A DNA stretch of 63,803 nt, the filler included, from Octopus bimaculoides (Eukaryota): assembly GCF_001194135.2 (NCBI RefSeq). It is 5 parts of 5 records of this genome, joined end to end, with 100 filler letters (N's around TTAATTAATTAA, not from the genome) between each part and the next. Parts side by side here need not be neighbours in the genome. Positions count along the whole stretch, not along the records: positions 24,230 to 50,382 come from NC_068991.1; 4 more parts are not named here. The stretch is one strand, 5' to 3'. A program made the translations under genes and the position numbers. Of the stretch, positions 24,615 to 36,170 are shown in pieces (the first letter of the stretch is position 1; each line of letters begins with the position of its first letter). Below the pieces are notes generated by a model. That model saw nothing but the letters and a program-made list of their open reading frames with translations. It did no database searches and had not been told where the DNA came from.

Positions 24615-25245
24615 TATATATATATCTTGTTTCAGTCCTTAAGCTACGGCCATGCTGGGGCACCACCTTGAAGAATTTTTAGTTGAATGTACCGACCCCA
24701 GTACTTACCTTTTATAAGTCTGGTGCTTATTCAATTGGCCTCTTTTGCTGAACCGCTAAGTTACAGGGTCGTAAACACACCAGCACCGGTTGTCAAGCTG
24801 TGGTAGGAGGACGAATACAGACACAAACACATAAATAGTAGAGCGCTAACAGCACCATCTGAGAGTGATCATTGCCAGAGCAGCTGTCTGGCTTCCATGC
24901 CGGTGGCACGTAAAAGCACCCACTACACTCTCGGGGTGGTTGGCACAAGGAAGGGCATCCAGCTGTAGAAACTCTTCCAGATCAGATTGGAGTCTGATGC
25001 AGGCATTTGGTTTGCCAGTCCTCAGTCAAATCGTCCAACCCATGCTAGCATGGAAAGCAGATGTTAAACGATGATGATGATGATATATATTTGACAGACT
25101 TCTTTCAGTTTCCATCTATCAAATCCACTCACAAGGCTTTGGTCAGCCTGAGGCTGTAATAGCAGACACTTGCCCAAGGTATCACACAGTAGGACTGAAG
25201 CCAAAACAATGTGATTGAGAAGCAAGCTTCTTATCACACAACTAN
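24615..25245 (-). mobile_element. SINE family A split by a nested family C (RTE-related) element
   Basis: Head at 25245-25090, family C at 25083-24845 (GGATGCCCTTCCT motif, CATCATCGTTTAAC start), and 3' half at 24830-24615, all on the minus strand. Confidence 0.8.
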
Positions 25246-25751
25246 NNNNNNNNNNNNNNNNNNNNNNNNNNNNNNNNNNNNNNNNNNNNNNNNNNNNNNN
25301 NNNNNNNNNNNNNNNNNNNNNNNNNNNNNNNNNNNNNNNNNNNNNNNNNNNNNNNNNNNNNNNNNNNNNNNNNNNNNNNNNNNNNNNNNNNNNNNNNNNN
25401 NNNNNNNNNNNNNNNNNNNNNNNNNNNNNNNNNNNNNNNNNNNNNNNNNNNNNNNNNNNNNNNNNNNNNNNNNNNNNNNNNNNNNNNNNNNNNNNNNNNN
25501 NNNNNNNNNNNNNNNNNNNNNNNNNNNNNNNNNNNNNNNNNNNNNNNNNNNNNNNNNNNNNNNNNNNNNNNNNNNNNNNNNNNNNNNNNNNNNNNNNNNN
25601 NNNNNNNNNNNNNNNNNNNNNNNNNNNNNNNNNNNNNNNNNNNNNNNNNNNNNNNNNNNNNNNNNNNNNNNNNNNNNNNNNNNNNNNNNNNNNNNNNNNN
25701 NNNNNNNNNNNNNNNNNNNNNNNNNNNNNNNNNNNNNNNNNNNNNNNNNNN

Positions 25752-25805
25752 AAGAGCGCGGGCTACTAACCCCAAGGTTCCGAGTTCGATTCACGGCAGC
25801 GACCT
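25752..25805 (+). mobile_element. tRNA-derived head (5' end lost in gap)
   Basis: Anticodon-like loop CTACTAA, 5-nt variable loop, and T-arm CCGAG-TTCGATT-CACGG containing a B-box (GAGTTCGATTC). Confidence 0.7.
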
Positions 25806-25883
25806 GGTTAATAATAATATAATAATAATAATAATAATAGTAACATCGATAGGAATGAGAACCCAGGTTCGAAATTTCCCCAA

Positions 25884-25929
25884 GACACCTGAAGAAGGCT
25901 GGAGGGTATATCAGCCGAAACGTTGTGTT
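25884..25929 (+). ncRNA. Minimal type-I hammerhead ribozyme of Penelope type
   Basis: Stem I GACAC/GTGTT; core CTGAAGA plus an extra A; stem II GGCTG/CAGCC; GAAA; palindromic stem III AACGTT; predicted cleavage after GUU at 25924. Confidence 0.75.
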
Positions 25930-25978
25930 AACAACAAACAAGATGAGGACGAATATCCGTCAAATGTAGATAATGTAA

Positions 25979-26010
<32 letters not shown>

Positions 26011-26248
26011 ATGTAATAATGTATGACCTAGTAGTTATGGTGTTGCACCCATGATGGCAAAATTGTGATTTCAATTCCTGGACTGGGTGATGCTTTATAT
26101 TTGCCACTGACATATTCAAACTGGTAATAACATTGCACAAAATATTTTGTCTTCTCCACCAATTCTGATTTCAACTCAACATGTGCAAAACTTTTCAGTT
26201 TTTAATATTTCTCTCTCTCTCTCTCTTTCATGAAATCTCCGCTTGTAG

Positions 26249-26389
26249 ATGCTTGCTGACAAAACAGTAACCTCAGCTGTTGCCCATCACTTACTTCATG
26301 CTGTCTTGTTAGGACTAAAACTACATGGTCAACATGAAGCAGGCCAGGCTATGTTGCTGAGTCTGGGATTACAAGTCTATGAAGTTCTG
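26249..26389 (+). CDS. XPO5: Exportin-5, antepenultimate detected exon (47 codons, phase 0-0)
   Basis: TAG|ATG...CTG|GTGAGT. MLADKTVTSAVAHHLLHAVLLGLKLHGQHEAGQAMLLSLGLQVYEVL matches recalled human XPO5 ...SVLKGLQMHGQHDGCMASLVHLAFQIYEAL. Confidence 0.88.
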
Positions 26390-28149
26390 GTGAGTAAAAT
26401 CATAAAATCCTGTCTATCTGTCTCTCTCTCTGTAACGCATACATACATACATACATACCACCATTACTATGACCATTATTTTATGCCCGTGCTGCCATGG
26501 TCTGTACTGGCACCAGCACAGGTGCTTTTTACGTGGCACCAGCACAGGTGATTTCTATGTGGCACCAGCATGGGTACTTTTTAAGTGGCACACGCACTTT
26601 GTTATTTTCCAAATTGATTGACACAAAAGCAGTACAGTTTGAAAGAAATATAATAATGAACAGATTAAACAATCTACGAGAAAATCTGTTGTCCAGATTA
26701 ACATCAACCTTTCAGTATTTATTTAACTAACTCTCATCATCATGATCCCAATCAATTCTTAATTAGCGTCACTGTACTCCTAGTGAATTTTGGCATGGCC
26801 CCTATGATTAGATATTCTTCCTTAAAGCATTTCTTGATTATATTTCAACCTTTTTTTACGACACAGACTCATGTCTTACCTTAGTACAGAATCTGTTTTA
26901 GTAGGATCAGCCCTCTCCTTGCAGATTAATTTTGCCACTTGAATAAACTGGAGCAATGTGAAATAAAGTGTCTTGTTCAAGGATACATCACGCTACTGGT
27001 AATCGAACTCACGGCCTTACAAACGTGAGCCAAGTACTCTCACCAGTCAGCTATGTACCTTCACAATAATAATAATAATAAGGGTCATTTAACATCCATT
27101 GTCCATGCTGCCATAGACTGGATGGTTTGACCTAGGCTGCTAAGCTGAGGGGCTGCACTAGACTCCCATCTGATTTGGCATGGTTTCTACAGCTGGATGC
27201 CCTTCCTAATGCTAACCACTCCAAGAATGTAATGGGTGCTTTTACGTGCCACTGGCACGGGTGCGAGATGTGTGACACCAGTGCCTGCCGTGACTACAAT
27301 TTCACTTGGTTTCATGGATCTTCTTCTCAAGCACAGCATATTGCCAAAATTCTCATTTATTTGTCATTGCCTCTGTGAGGCCCAATGCTCAAAAGGTCCT
27401 TTTTACACGCCAATGATTTCTAATGTATGTGTGGCATGGATGCTGCAGGTGTTAATCTACCCCAATCAAGAATTTTTTTTTTTTATTCCATCCAGAAGCA
27501 AGTGTAATACAATGGTGTGGATACAATTGACTACATCCAATTTTCTTTGCTGTGATCTTTTGGGCAGATTTTCTGAGGCACTGTATTAGAATATCATAAC
27601 CTTTCTGTCACCTACGTGTTTGGTTATCTTTTACAAGAAGCATGGTGTACCTATTAAATAATCAAGGTACACGTGGTCATCATATCTTCATCATTGTTTC
27701 ACAGTCCACTTTAGTATATCTAAAGAATTTTGTCAAGATGAATTTTCTGCTGCCAGATGCTTTTCCTGTCACCAACTCTTACTTGTTTCTGAGCATGGTA
27801 ACATATCCTCATAACCAGACATGTTTTCATGGAACGTTGGAAGCAAAGGATATGCTTGCATCACGGTGACATTTGTGTACACCTATCACATGATGTCTAG
27901 GCAAAGAGACAGTAGCTCACACACACACACACGAGCTTCTCTTGGTTTCTATCTACCAAATGCACTCAGAAAGCTTCGTTTAACCCAGGGGCTATAAGAC
28001 TGAACCTTGAAACTATGTGGCTGGAAAGCAAATTTCTTACTCCACTATAGGCACAGGCCTTGCCTGTTCCTATACTGGAGTAAGTGTACAACAAATTACA
28101 ATGTTACAGGGAAGATGCAGAAATTATTTATCCATCCATCCACCTACCT

Positions 28150-28620
28150 TCTCCACTCGTTATTCCAGAGACGGTCATAGGATTAGAGTCTTCAGGCACC
28201 TCTTCCTTAGGCTCCTATAAGAAGTAACCATCATTACACTTTCTGGCTGAAATTCCAAGCATGATCTGAGATTACAGATATTATCCAACCATCTCATTCT
28301 TGGTCTACTGCTAGGTTTCCTACCAGTTGTCTTGGCTTAAAGAATTCGCCTTTTGACTGTTTCCTGCAGCTTTCTAATCACACGTCCATAGTTCTGGAGC
28401 TGTGACCTGTCAATGCAGAAAAGTAACAGCTTGACCTCAACAAAATCTCCAATCTCTGAGCCATGCCATCTATCGAGTAACATTACCCTTATTGTTGTTT
28501 TGTTTGGTTCATTCAATGCATTTTCCACTTTTTCTGCCACAGCGCCCTCTATTTCCTGATATCCGGTTAGTGATGCAACAACAGATACCATATTGTACAG
28601 AAACATCTCTGAAGGTTTGT
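28150..28620 (-). mobile_element. Decayed RTE-like LINE 3' fragment
   Basis: Minus strand reads IDRSQLQNYGRVIR...TTGRKPSSRPRMRWLDNI. Confidence 0.65.
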
Positions 28621-28703
28621 CATATTTCTTCTTGTCTTGTTCTATTCATTTAATAACGATTCACCTCACATCCTCAAATTCAATGTTATTTTAGCTAATT
28701 TAA

Positions 28704-28924
28704 CCCTTTAGCATTTAAACTGGCCATATCCGGCCAAAAGTATTCTGCCTGTTTTATGTTCAAACTGGCCAGATCTGGCCTCTCACATCAATCCTACAAT
28801 ATTGTTTTTAAAATTAACAGCTACCTCATCAAGATCTCATAGCTACAAGATAATGCATAATTAGTTCAAAACAATGTGGATAAAAAAGCATTAATTTTGG
28901 CAGAATAATACAAACACTAATGGG
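28704..28924 (+). mobile_element. piggyBac-like MITE (family M1)
   Basis: TTAA|CCCTTTAGCA...CTAATGGG|TTAA; the same family lies in inverted orientation at 29782-30003. Confidence 0.8.
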
Positions 28925-28973
28925 TTAAAGAAGGTGGGTGCATTCACTAGCCTTTTTTTTTTTTTTGTATTAA

Positions 28974-29154
28974 CCCTTTTGTTACCAACCCGGCTGAATC
29001 CGGCTCTGGCTAGTTTTGAATTAAAATCTTCCATCAAACCTTAGTCACAATTTATGTTCCTAACACTCGCTTAATAACTAAGTTCTTTTACTAAATTCTT
29101 TGTTATATTTAAAGAAACACAGAGCATCTCAAAATAAATACAGTAATGAAAGGG
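28974..29154. mobile_element. piggyBac-like MITE (family M2)
   Basis: TTAA|CCCTTTTGTTAC...GTAATGAAAGGG|TTAA. Confidence 0.8.
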
Positions 29155-29253
29155 TTAAGACAATATTTTCCTAATTGATATTGCAATCATTAACTGTTTT
29201 GTGATCTCATGTGTAACCAGAATACATTGGCTTTGTGTTTTAATCCATTTTAA

Positions 29254-29571
29254 TCTCTTTAACATAGTACCCTGTATATTTTCATTCAGAGGTGTTTAGT
29301 AAATATATATTTGAACGAAAATATACATCCACTGTACTCTGAGGTATCTGTCACTTATTTCTAACCCGAAATACTGCATTCATGATGTTATTCTCCTTTT
29401 CAATCATTAACAATTGGTAGCTATCATATCTATCAGTAACTATATAATAAATCATAATGGATCCAAAACAATTTCTGTACTTAGTCTTCCTTATATACAG
29501 ATTCAAAGTAAATAATAAAAAGATATATTTTTTCATGAAAATTGAAGAAAAAAAATGTCTATGTTAAGAGG
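29254..29571. mobile_element. piggyBac-like MITE (family M3)
   Basis: TTAA|TCTCTTTAACATAG...CTATGTTAAGAGG|TTAA. Confidence 0.65.
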
Positions 29572-29781
29572 TTAAAAGCTGTGAAGCATTAAGAATGTGT
29601 TTGAGTTAGTATTTGACTCTCCAGTGATAACAAGTCTGAGGTGAGGATGAATGGTGACCAATCCATATCATGTCAGGCTAGTATTTGATTCTCAGGTATG
29701 AGACGTTTTGGCACAGCCGTTTTGGTGTCACCAATTTGGCATCGCTGATTTGACTGACTTATTTGGCATCAGATGATTTAA

Positions 29782-30003
29782 CCCTTTAGCATTCAGATTA
29801 CTCTGTCAAATGTAATGCTTATTTATTCACATTTCTTTCAAATCAATCATGCACCATCTCATAGCTCTGAGATTTCTGACAATGATGTGACATTCTATTT
29901 TTAGAATGACATTGTAGGGTAGGTGTAAGAGGTCAGACCTGGCCAGTTTAACCATAAAACAGAATATTTGGGCCAGATATGGCCAGCTTAAATGCTAACA
30001 GGG
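29782..30003 (-). mobile_element. piggyBac-like MITE (family M1, inverted relative to 28704)
   Basis: TTAA|CCCTTTAGCATT...AATGCTAACAGGG; the internal sequence is the reverse complement of 28704-28924, moderately diverged. Confidence 0.8.
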
Positions 30004-30412
30004 TAATGTTTTCCTTGTTCTTTCTTCCCCCCCCCACTCTCTCTCTCTCTCAGCATATTTCTTTTTATGTCGGAAAGTATTTCTATCATTTATGTTAAAT
30101 TGATAAGTTTTATTGACTTTTTCTCCCATACTCTTTCTCTCTCTATTTCTCTCTCTCTATTTCTCTCTCTCTCTCTCTGTACATACCTCCAGTGCTAAAA
30201 AGTGCTGCTGCCAAAACCAGGTTGTATATTCAATCTGCCATACCAAATCGGTAGCGTCCAAACAGCTGCTCCGAATTGTCCCATTCCATCGATTCTCCAT
30301 TGATGAGTAGGTTTAGCAAAGGAGTGAATGGATGACCAACTAGCTTTGTGTTGCGTTATGAATGTCAACCATAATTCTTAGTTTTGGCATTGATTTCTTC
30401 CTCTTGTTGCAG

Positions 30413-30508
30413 TCGTTTGATGACAAAGTCCTCCACGTGGCACCTCAGAAACAGTCTGACAAAAGGAAAAAAGATGCTTTTAAAAAGCTGGTCTCTGATA
30501 TTATTGGT
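30413..30508 (+). CDS. XPO5: Exportin-5 penultimate exon (32 codons, phase 0-0)
   Basis: TTGCAG|...GGT|GTAAGT. SFDDKVLHVAPQKQSDKRKKDAFKKLVSDIIG matches recalled human QFDCKLLNPSLQKVADKRRKDQFKRLIAGCIG. Confidence 0.9.
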
Positions 30509-31349
30509 GTAAGTAGCTGAATTTTTTTTTTTTTTTTTTTTTTTCTAATTTTCTAATTTTCTATTGGAAAAATCTTTGATATTTTAATAGCTTTGGTTTA
30601 AGCTTAATCTAGTTTAGTTCTTTGAGCTTGCTTTTAACATCATCTTAAAATCTCTTGTATAAACCAAAGAATGATGGCTATTACCTTATTGTGTTCATAA
30701 ATTATTTATAATACTGATTGTGTGTGTTATAATATTATATATATATCTACCATAATTAAATGTAGGTACAGGCATGGATGTGTGGGTAAGAAGTTGTTTT
30801 CACATCCACATGGTTTATAGTTCAATCCTATTTTGTGGTACCTTGGATCCTTTTTACTATAGCCTTGACCATACCGATCTTTTGGTGAGGCCATTTTTTA
30901 GGTAGAAACTGAAGGAAGCCAATCATATATGGATATACAACATTTGCTCATGTATTAAGCCACACCGTGTTATACTTGATTTTAACTGAAAAAACTGGGG
31001 TGTCACTTGTACACAGGGTAAAGTTTGAATAGGAAGTGGGGGGGCTGCCTCAACAAAATTCTGTCTGACTCATGCAAGCATGGAAAAGTGGATGTTAAAA
31101 CAACAATATATATAGATAGATGAAATAAGTAGATAGATAGATAGGGTTCTATCTATCTACCGATAGATAGAAAGATAGATGAAATAGATTGGTAGATGGA
31201 TTGATATGTGTGTGTGTTTATGTCTCCTTGTCTTTCTGTCATGTGGTATTTGTAAATGAGTGTCACTGTCGTACAAGCAGTGTCATGCATTTCCAACATT
31301 CTGTGAAAACATGTCTATCCTTGTAGAAGTATTATCTTGCTTGGGAACA

Positions 31350-31590
31350 GGTGGAGGGGGTAGGGACAAGAAAGGCATTAGGTTGTAGTAAAACAGTCTC
31401 AAACTCCATCCAGCCCCTGCTAACACGGAACAGTAATGATGATGATGGTATATACATGGGAAGGGTATCCAGCTGTAGAAACTCTGCCAGATCAGGTTGG
31501 AGCCTGGTGCAGCCATCTGGTTCGCCAGTCCGCAGTCAAATCATCCAACCCATGCTAGCATGGAAAGCAGACGTTAAACGATGATGATAT
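31350..31590 (-). mobile_element. Family C RTE-related short element
   Basis: Reverse complement of CATCATCGTTTAACGTC.GCTTTCCATGCTAGCATGGGTTGGA...GGATACCCTTCC. Confidence 0.85.
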
Positions 31591-32667
31591 ATAATCACAG
31601 ATTAGAAGGAATTTGTTGTTCTTGCTACAGTAAGCCTTTCTACAGTACTAAATGTACTCTGCCAAAGCCAGTACCAAAAATAAGAAAGAACACAGAAAAG
31701 GAGTGAATTCGTCGAGCTGTAAGTCTGGTCACCTGTCTGAGATACCAGTGCTTTCTGCGTGCTTGAGGCCAGTGAATGACCTCTGGTGATTTCTTTGGCA
31801 TGCGCTGTGTGCTTTTCAAAGACTGTTTTGTGATAATAGAATGGTGTCTGGTGTTTGCCTTCCTTGAGGTATTTTTTATAGAGAAGATAGAAGTGGAACA
31901 AAAACTGGTGATGATGGTTATCAGGTTGCAAAAACTAATATTTTAACTACGTTATAAGGATGCAAAACCTCTAGATTAACACATCCTTAGAGAGTAGGGT
32001 GGACAGAAAACAGTCTCAACAATAGCAGGAACAAAGTGGGAGTAGTGATGTCAAAGACTGGAAGTAGTGGTGGTGGGATGAGGGTTCTGGGGTGAGTGTA
32101 TGATTGAGGCATGAGATTGTGGTGGATGGTGAGGGGTGGTGGTTGTGTCTTACATCTCCTGAACCTCTCCCATGTCATCACCATCACCATCATTTAATGT
32201 TCACTTTTCCATGCTTGCTAAGGCCAGATGGAATTTGTCAAGTCAGATTTTCTGTGGCTGGATGCTCTTCCTGTCAGCAACCTTCACTTGTTTCCAAGCA
32301 AGATAATATTTTCCCCATGGCCAGACATGTTTTCACAGAATACTGGAAATGAATTGCATCCATTTACAACAATTATGCAATGTTTTGACTAAGGTACACG
32401 CACACATTTTTATATTAATGAATGACAAGGGAACAAGAATCATGAAATCAACTTCATCGGCTTACATCTGTTTCTGCTATAAGAAGCAGTACACTCTGAG
32501 CTAAGTGCCTGTGTAACATCCTATAGCTTCTTTATGTGTTAATTAAATGAAGTGTATTAATAAAAAAAATATCACGCTCTGCTTAATGCTTTCCTCTAAT
32601 ACATATGTATAAAAAGCTCTAACAACTGGTTATTAGTATTGCTTTTCCTAAGCAAAATCATAAAATC

Positions 32668-32880
32668 ATCATCATCGTCGTTTAACGTCCGCATTCCATG
32701 CTAGCATGGGTTGGACGATTTGACTGAAGACTGGTGGACCAGGTGGCTACACCAGTCTCCAATCTGATTTGGCAGAGTTTCTACAGCTGGATGCCCTTCC
32801 TAACGCCAACCACTCCGAGAGTGTAGTAGGTGCTTTTACGTGCTACTGGCACGAAGGCCAGTCAGGCGGTACTGGCAACC
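32668..32880 (+). mobile_element. Family C RTE-related short element
   Basis: CATCATCGTCGTTTAACGTCCGCATTCCATGCTAGCATGGGTTGGACG...GGATGCCCTTCCTAACGCCAACC. Further copies lie near 27080, 33940, 35450 and 38020. Confidence 0.85.
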
Positions 32881-33269
32881 AAGTCAGGCGATACTGGCAA
32901 AGTCAGGCAGCTGGTTAGATGTAAACTAGTTGGCTCCACCTGCCTTGACCTTCAGAATACAATGCTGTGAAGCATTTTGTCTAATATCTCTAACAATTCT
33001 GTCATTCCTCTGCCTGAACTAGCATTCTGATATATTGACTCCCCCATCAGAAGGATGAATGCTTCAGTCTTTGTTGTGGTATGGTGGCATGTGTGCCTCA
33101 AAGACCCTAAGAGCTGAGCCAGTGGAGTGCAAGCACCTGATGAAGCCACCCATGTTGGACAGGTCAAAAGACAGAGGCCATGGACCACCTCTTCCCAGTG
33201 GTGAAAATGGGTTTATGTAGGGCCTAGAGAAAAAACAGCTTCAGAAGTGTTAACGGCAATTCAAAAACA

Positions 33270-33655
33270 ACAATACCTGGGAAAGGAAGGCCCTTCCTTG
33301 GGCAAATATGGAGGTAAGGACCTCCTTCAGTCATGAATGATCATGGGACTGCACCTAGAAAGTTACCCTCCAAGGCAGGAGTCCGGGCAAGATTGTTCAT
33401 GGAAAATCAGCAGTTGCCCATGCATACCATCCTCTCCTCTCCACACCACTGATGTTATCCAAGGGAAAGGCAAAGGGGCTGATACGGCTTGGCACCAGTG
33501 ACATCACAACTCATTTCTACAGCTGAGTGAACTGGAGCAACATGAAATGAAGTGTCTTGCTCAAGAACACAACACACAGCCTGGTCCAGGAATCAAACTC
33601 ACTACCTAGGGATTGTGAGCCTGATGCTCTAACCATTGAGTCATGTGCCTTCATG
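33270..33655 (-). mobile_element. tRNA-derived SINE family D
   Basis: Minus strand has TGGTTAGAGCATC...TTTGATTCC...GTGTTCTTGAGCAAGACACTT...TTGCTCCAGTTCACTCAGCTG. Related copies lie at 26925, 35845, 37445 and 53985. Confidence 0.75.
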
Positions 33656-34773
33656 GAGGAAGAGTAGAAAAATCAGGGATCTAACTGGAGCAAAGCAGAA
33701 AAGACAGCCCAGAGTGAAGAACATGGAAGAAAAGTTGTTGATGGTATCTGCTCCATAGGGGAGTGAAGCGCTATGTTAAGTAAAGTAAGAAGGATGAAAA
33801 GCAGTGTCTTCAGCAGGGTTTGAACTCATTATGTAAAGCACCAGGACAAATACTTGTTGGCATTTTGTCCGATATTCTAACAATTCTGCCACTTTGCTAA
33901 TAATTATGACTACAAACTGACACAGGAGAGAGGGCCACCTAATTCTGGCAGAGAACCTTTCTAGTGCTGGTGACAGCATAAAATGCATGCAATCCACATT
34001 GTAAAGTGGTCGGTGATAGGGAGGGCATCCACCTGTAGAACTCTTGCAGGAAGAAAAACTGACAACTTCTACTGGTGCCTTTACCTACCTGATGGTAATG
34101 GACCTCTACAGATGGTGAAATAATGGGTGTCCATCCAGTCATACAGTCATGAGGTGTATGTGTACACACACATGCATGCACGCACATGGGAAAGGTTGAC
34201 TGACTTCAAAGTTTCTCCAATGGTCAGCTTTGTCAGATTGTCTGATGAAGCCAGCTACCATCAAAATTTGAAGCCACTTTCAATGTTTTCCTTATAAAAA
34301 TGAACCTTATTCTCTAACTATATATCAATGATTTTTAGTGAATGTGCACACACACTCGTGTTTATCATGTTTTGCAGTCCTCCATGGAAACATGTCTGGC
34401 CATTCAGCTGTTTGTATTTGAAGGATTAAAGGAAATAATTCTTCGCTTGACAACAGGAAGAGCATTCATCCGTAGAAAATCTGCTACAATGTGTTTTAAG
34501 AGAACCATGTAAACCTGGAGAGGTGGACATTGAAATGGTGATAATGTGTGTGTATGTGTGTATACAATGGCTTCCATAAAGATTCTGTCAACCGATTTCA
34601 TTCAGAGAGCAATGGTTAGCTGAAGGCTATAGTAAAAGACACTTGCCCAAGGTACCGGGCAGTGGGATTGAACCTGAAAAATATGGAGTTGGAAAGTGAG
34701 CTTCTTAACCGTACAACCATATCAATTATATATTTATATAATAATGATTTTAAATTTTCTTTTAATTCCACAG

Positions 34774-34926
34774 AAAAATCTCGGTGAGCACTTCAAGAAA
34801 GAAAGGCATTTTGAAAGACTCCCCCCTATATTCCAGCTGAAGAATAAACTGCCTTCTCTTGACATTCTAGATGCTTCCGAATCTACTGGCCTTGCCAATC
34901 TTTTCTGCGTTGACGCAACCAAGTAA
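34774..34926 (+). CDS. XPO5: Exportin-5 terminal coding exon
   Basis: TTTTAATTCCACAG| KNLGEHFKKERHFERLPPIFQLKNKLPSLDILDASESTGLANLFCVDATK* matches recalled human KPLGEQFRKEVHIKNLPSLF...GGGLATIFEP*. AATAAA lies at 35009-35014. Confidence 0.9.
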   Translation, partial: KNLGEHFKKERHFERLPPIFQLKNKLPSLDILDASESTGLANLFCVDATK

Positions 34927-35844
34927 TGGCAGTTTGTATGCTAGCCATGGCCACCACCTGCCAACCAAGTCTTTACACAAAAAAAAAAAAAAAATGCAAA
35001 ACGAAAAAAATAAACCTCCATGCTGCAACAAGAAAATAACTGCTGTGGAATCGAAAATGCTCAAACTGTGCTGGGAACTGAAAGATTTGAGTGAATGAGA
35101 GAGAGAAGAAGAAGGAGATCTAAATCATTGGAAGTTTTTGAAAAACACAACATAAACCGCAAAAAAAAATGTCTCATTGTGTATGTGTGCGTGTGTGTGC
35201 GTGTCGAAGGGACCTGCTCTGTGATGTCAGCCCATGACATCATAATGTTTGCCCCCAACTACAGAGACCTACTAATGCAGTCTAGCACTGATGTTGGCTA
35301 CAAACAACATTATCTGTGATTTTACTTCATGTCATTCATTAAAAAATAAGGGCAAAAAACTTTCAAAATGTTTTTTTTTTTTTTTTTTTGGTTTATGTTT
35401 AAGTATTGTGTTGTCTCCTTGACTTCGCTTTGTGTGATATCCTCATCTTTATCATCATTTAACATCCGTTTTCCATGCTGGCATGGGTTGGACGGTTTGA
35501 CAGGAGCAGACTCCAGTTATAACTTTTGATGACTTTGATAGGTTTCGGCCAGTATAGACCCAGGTCATGTCTAACTTAATAGCACTGTTTTGGCATTGCT
35601 TCTACAATTGGATGCCCTTCCTAATGCCAACCATTTTACAGAGTGAACTGGGTGGTTTTAACATGGCACCAGCATGTCAGTGACACACAACTGGCATCTT
35701 TTGTTTCCACTTTTCTGTGAAAACCTGTCAGGGCATGGGGAAATATTATGTTGCTTGGAGAGAGATGAGGGTTAGCAACAGGAAGAGCATCTAACCCATG
35801 CAAGCATTAAAATGTTGATGGTGGTGGTGATGATGATGAATGTG

Positions 35845-36170
35845 TAGAGGTGCATGGCTATGTGGTTAGGGTGTTCAACTCATGTCCTTAAGGACATGAG
35901 TTTGATTCCCAGCGCTACACTGTGTCCTTGAGCAAGACACTTTATTTCACATTGCTCCACTACACTTAGCTGGCAAAAATGAGTTGTGTCTGTTTTTTTC
36001 AAAGGACCAGCCTTTCACATTCTGTATCATGCTGAATCTCCCTGAGGACTAATGTTAAGGGTGTGCATGTCTCTGGAATACTCAGCCACTTGCACGTTAA
36101 TTTCACGAGCAGGCTGTCCTGTTGATCAGATCAATTGGAACCCTCAGCATTGTAACCAGTGGAGTGCCAG
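35845..36170 (+). mobile_element. SINE family D, near full length
   Basis: GGTGCATGGCTATGTGGTTAGGG head, CCTTGAGCAAGACACTT core, 3' end ...GTAACCAGTGGAGTGCCA. Confidence 0.8.

Noticed and set aside
23833-26389. Splicing the signal-peptide exon to the XPO5 exons
   Set aside because: Phase 1 donor versus phase 0 acceptor, a synthetic spacer lies between them, and XPO5 has no signal peptide.
30193-30250. Strong polypyrimidine acceptor as the missing XPO5 exon
   Set aside because: The only open reading (VLKSAAAKTRLYIQSAIPN) has the wrong phases and no similarity to the expected segment.
33040-33260. CTGATGA at ~33136 as a second hammerhead
   Set aside because: No stem II-GAAA arrangement follows; the context resembles an RTE-type 5'UTR remnant.
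34240-34290. CTGATGAAGCC as a hammerhead core
   Set aside because: No complementary stem II or GAAA-UH downstream.
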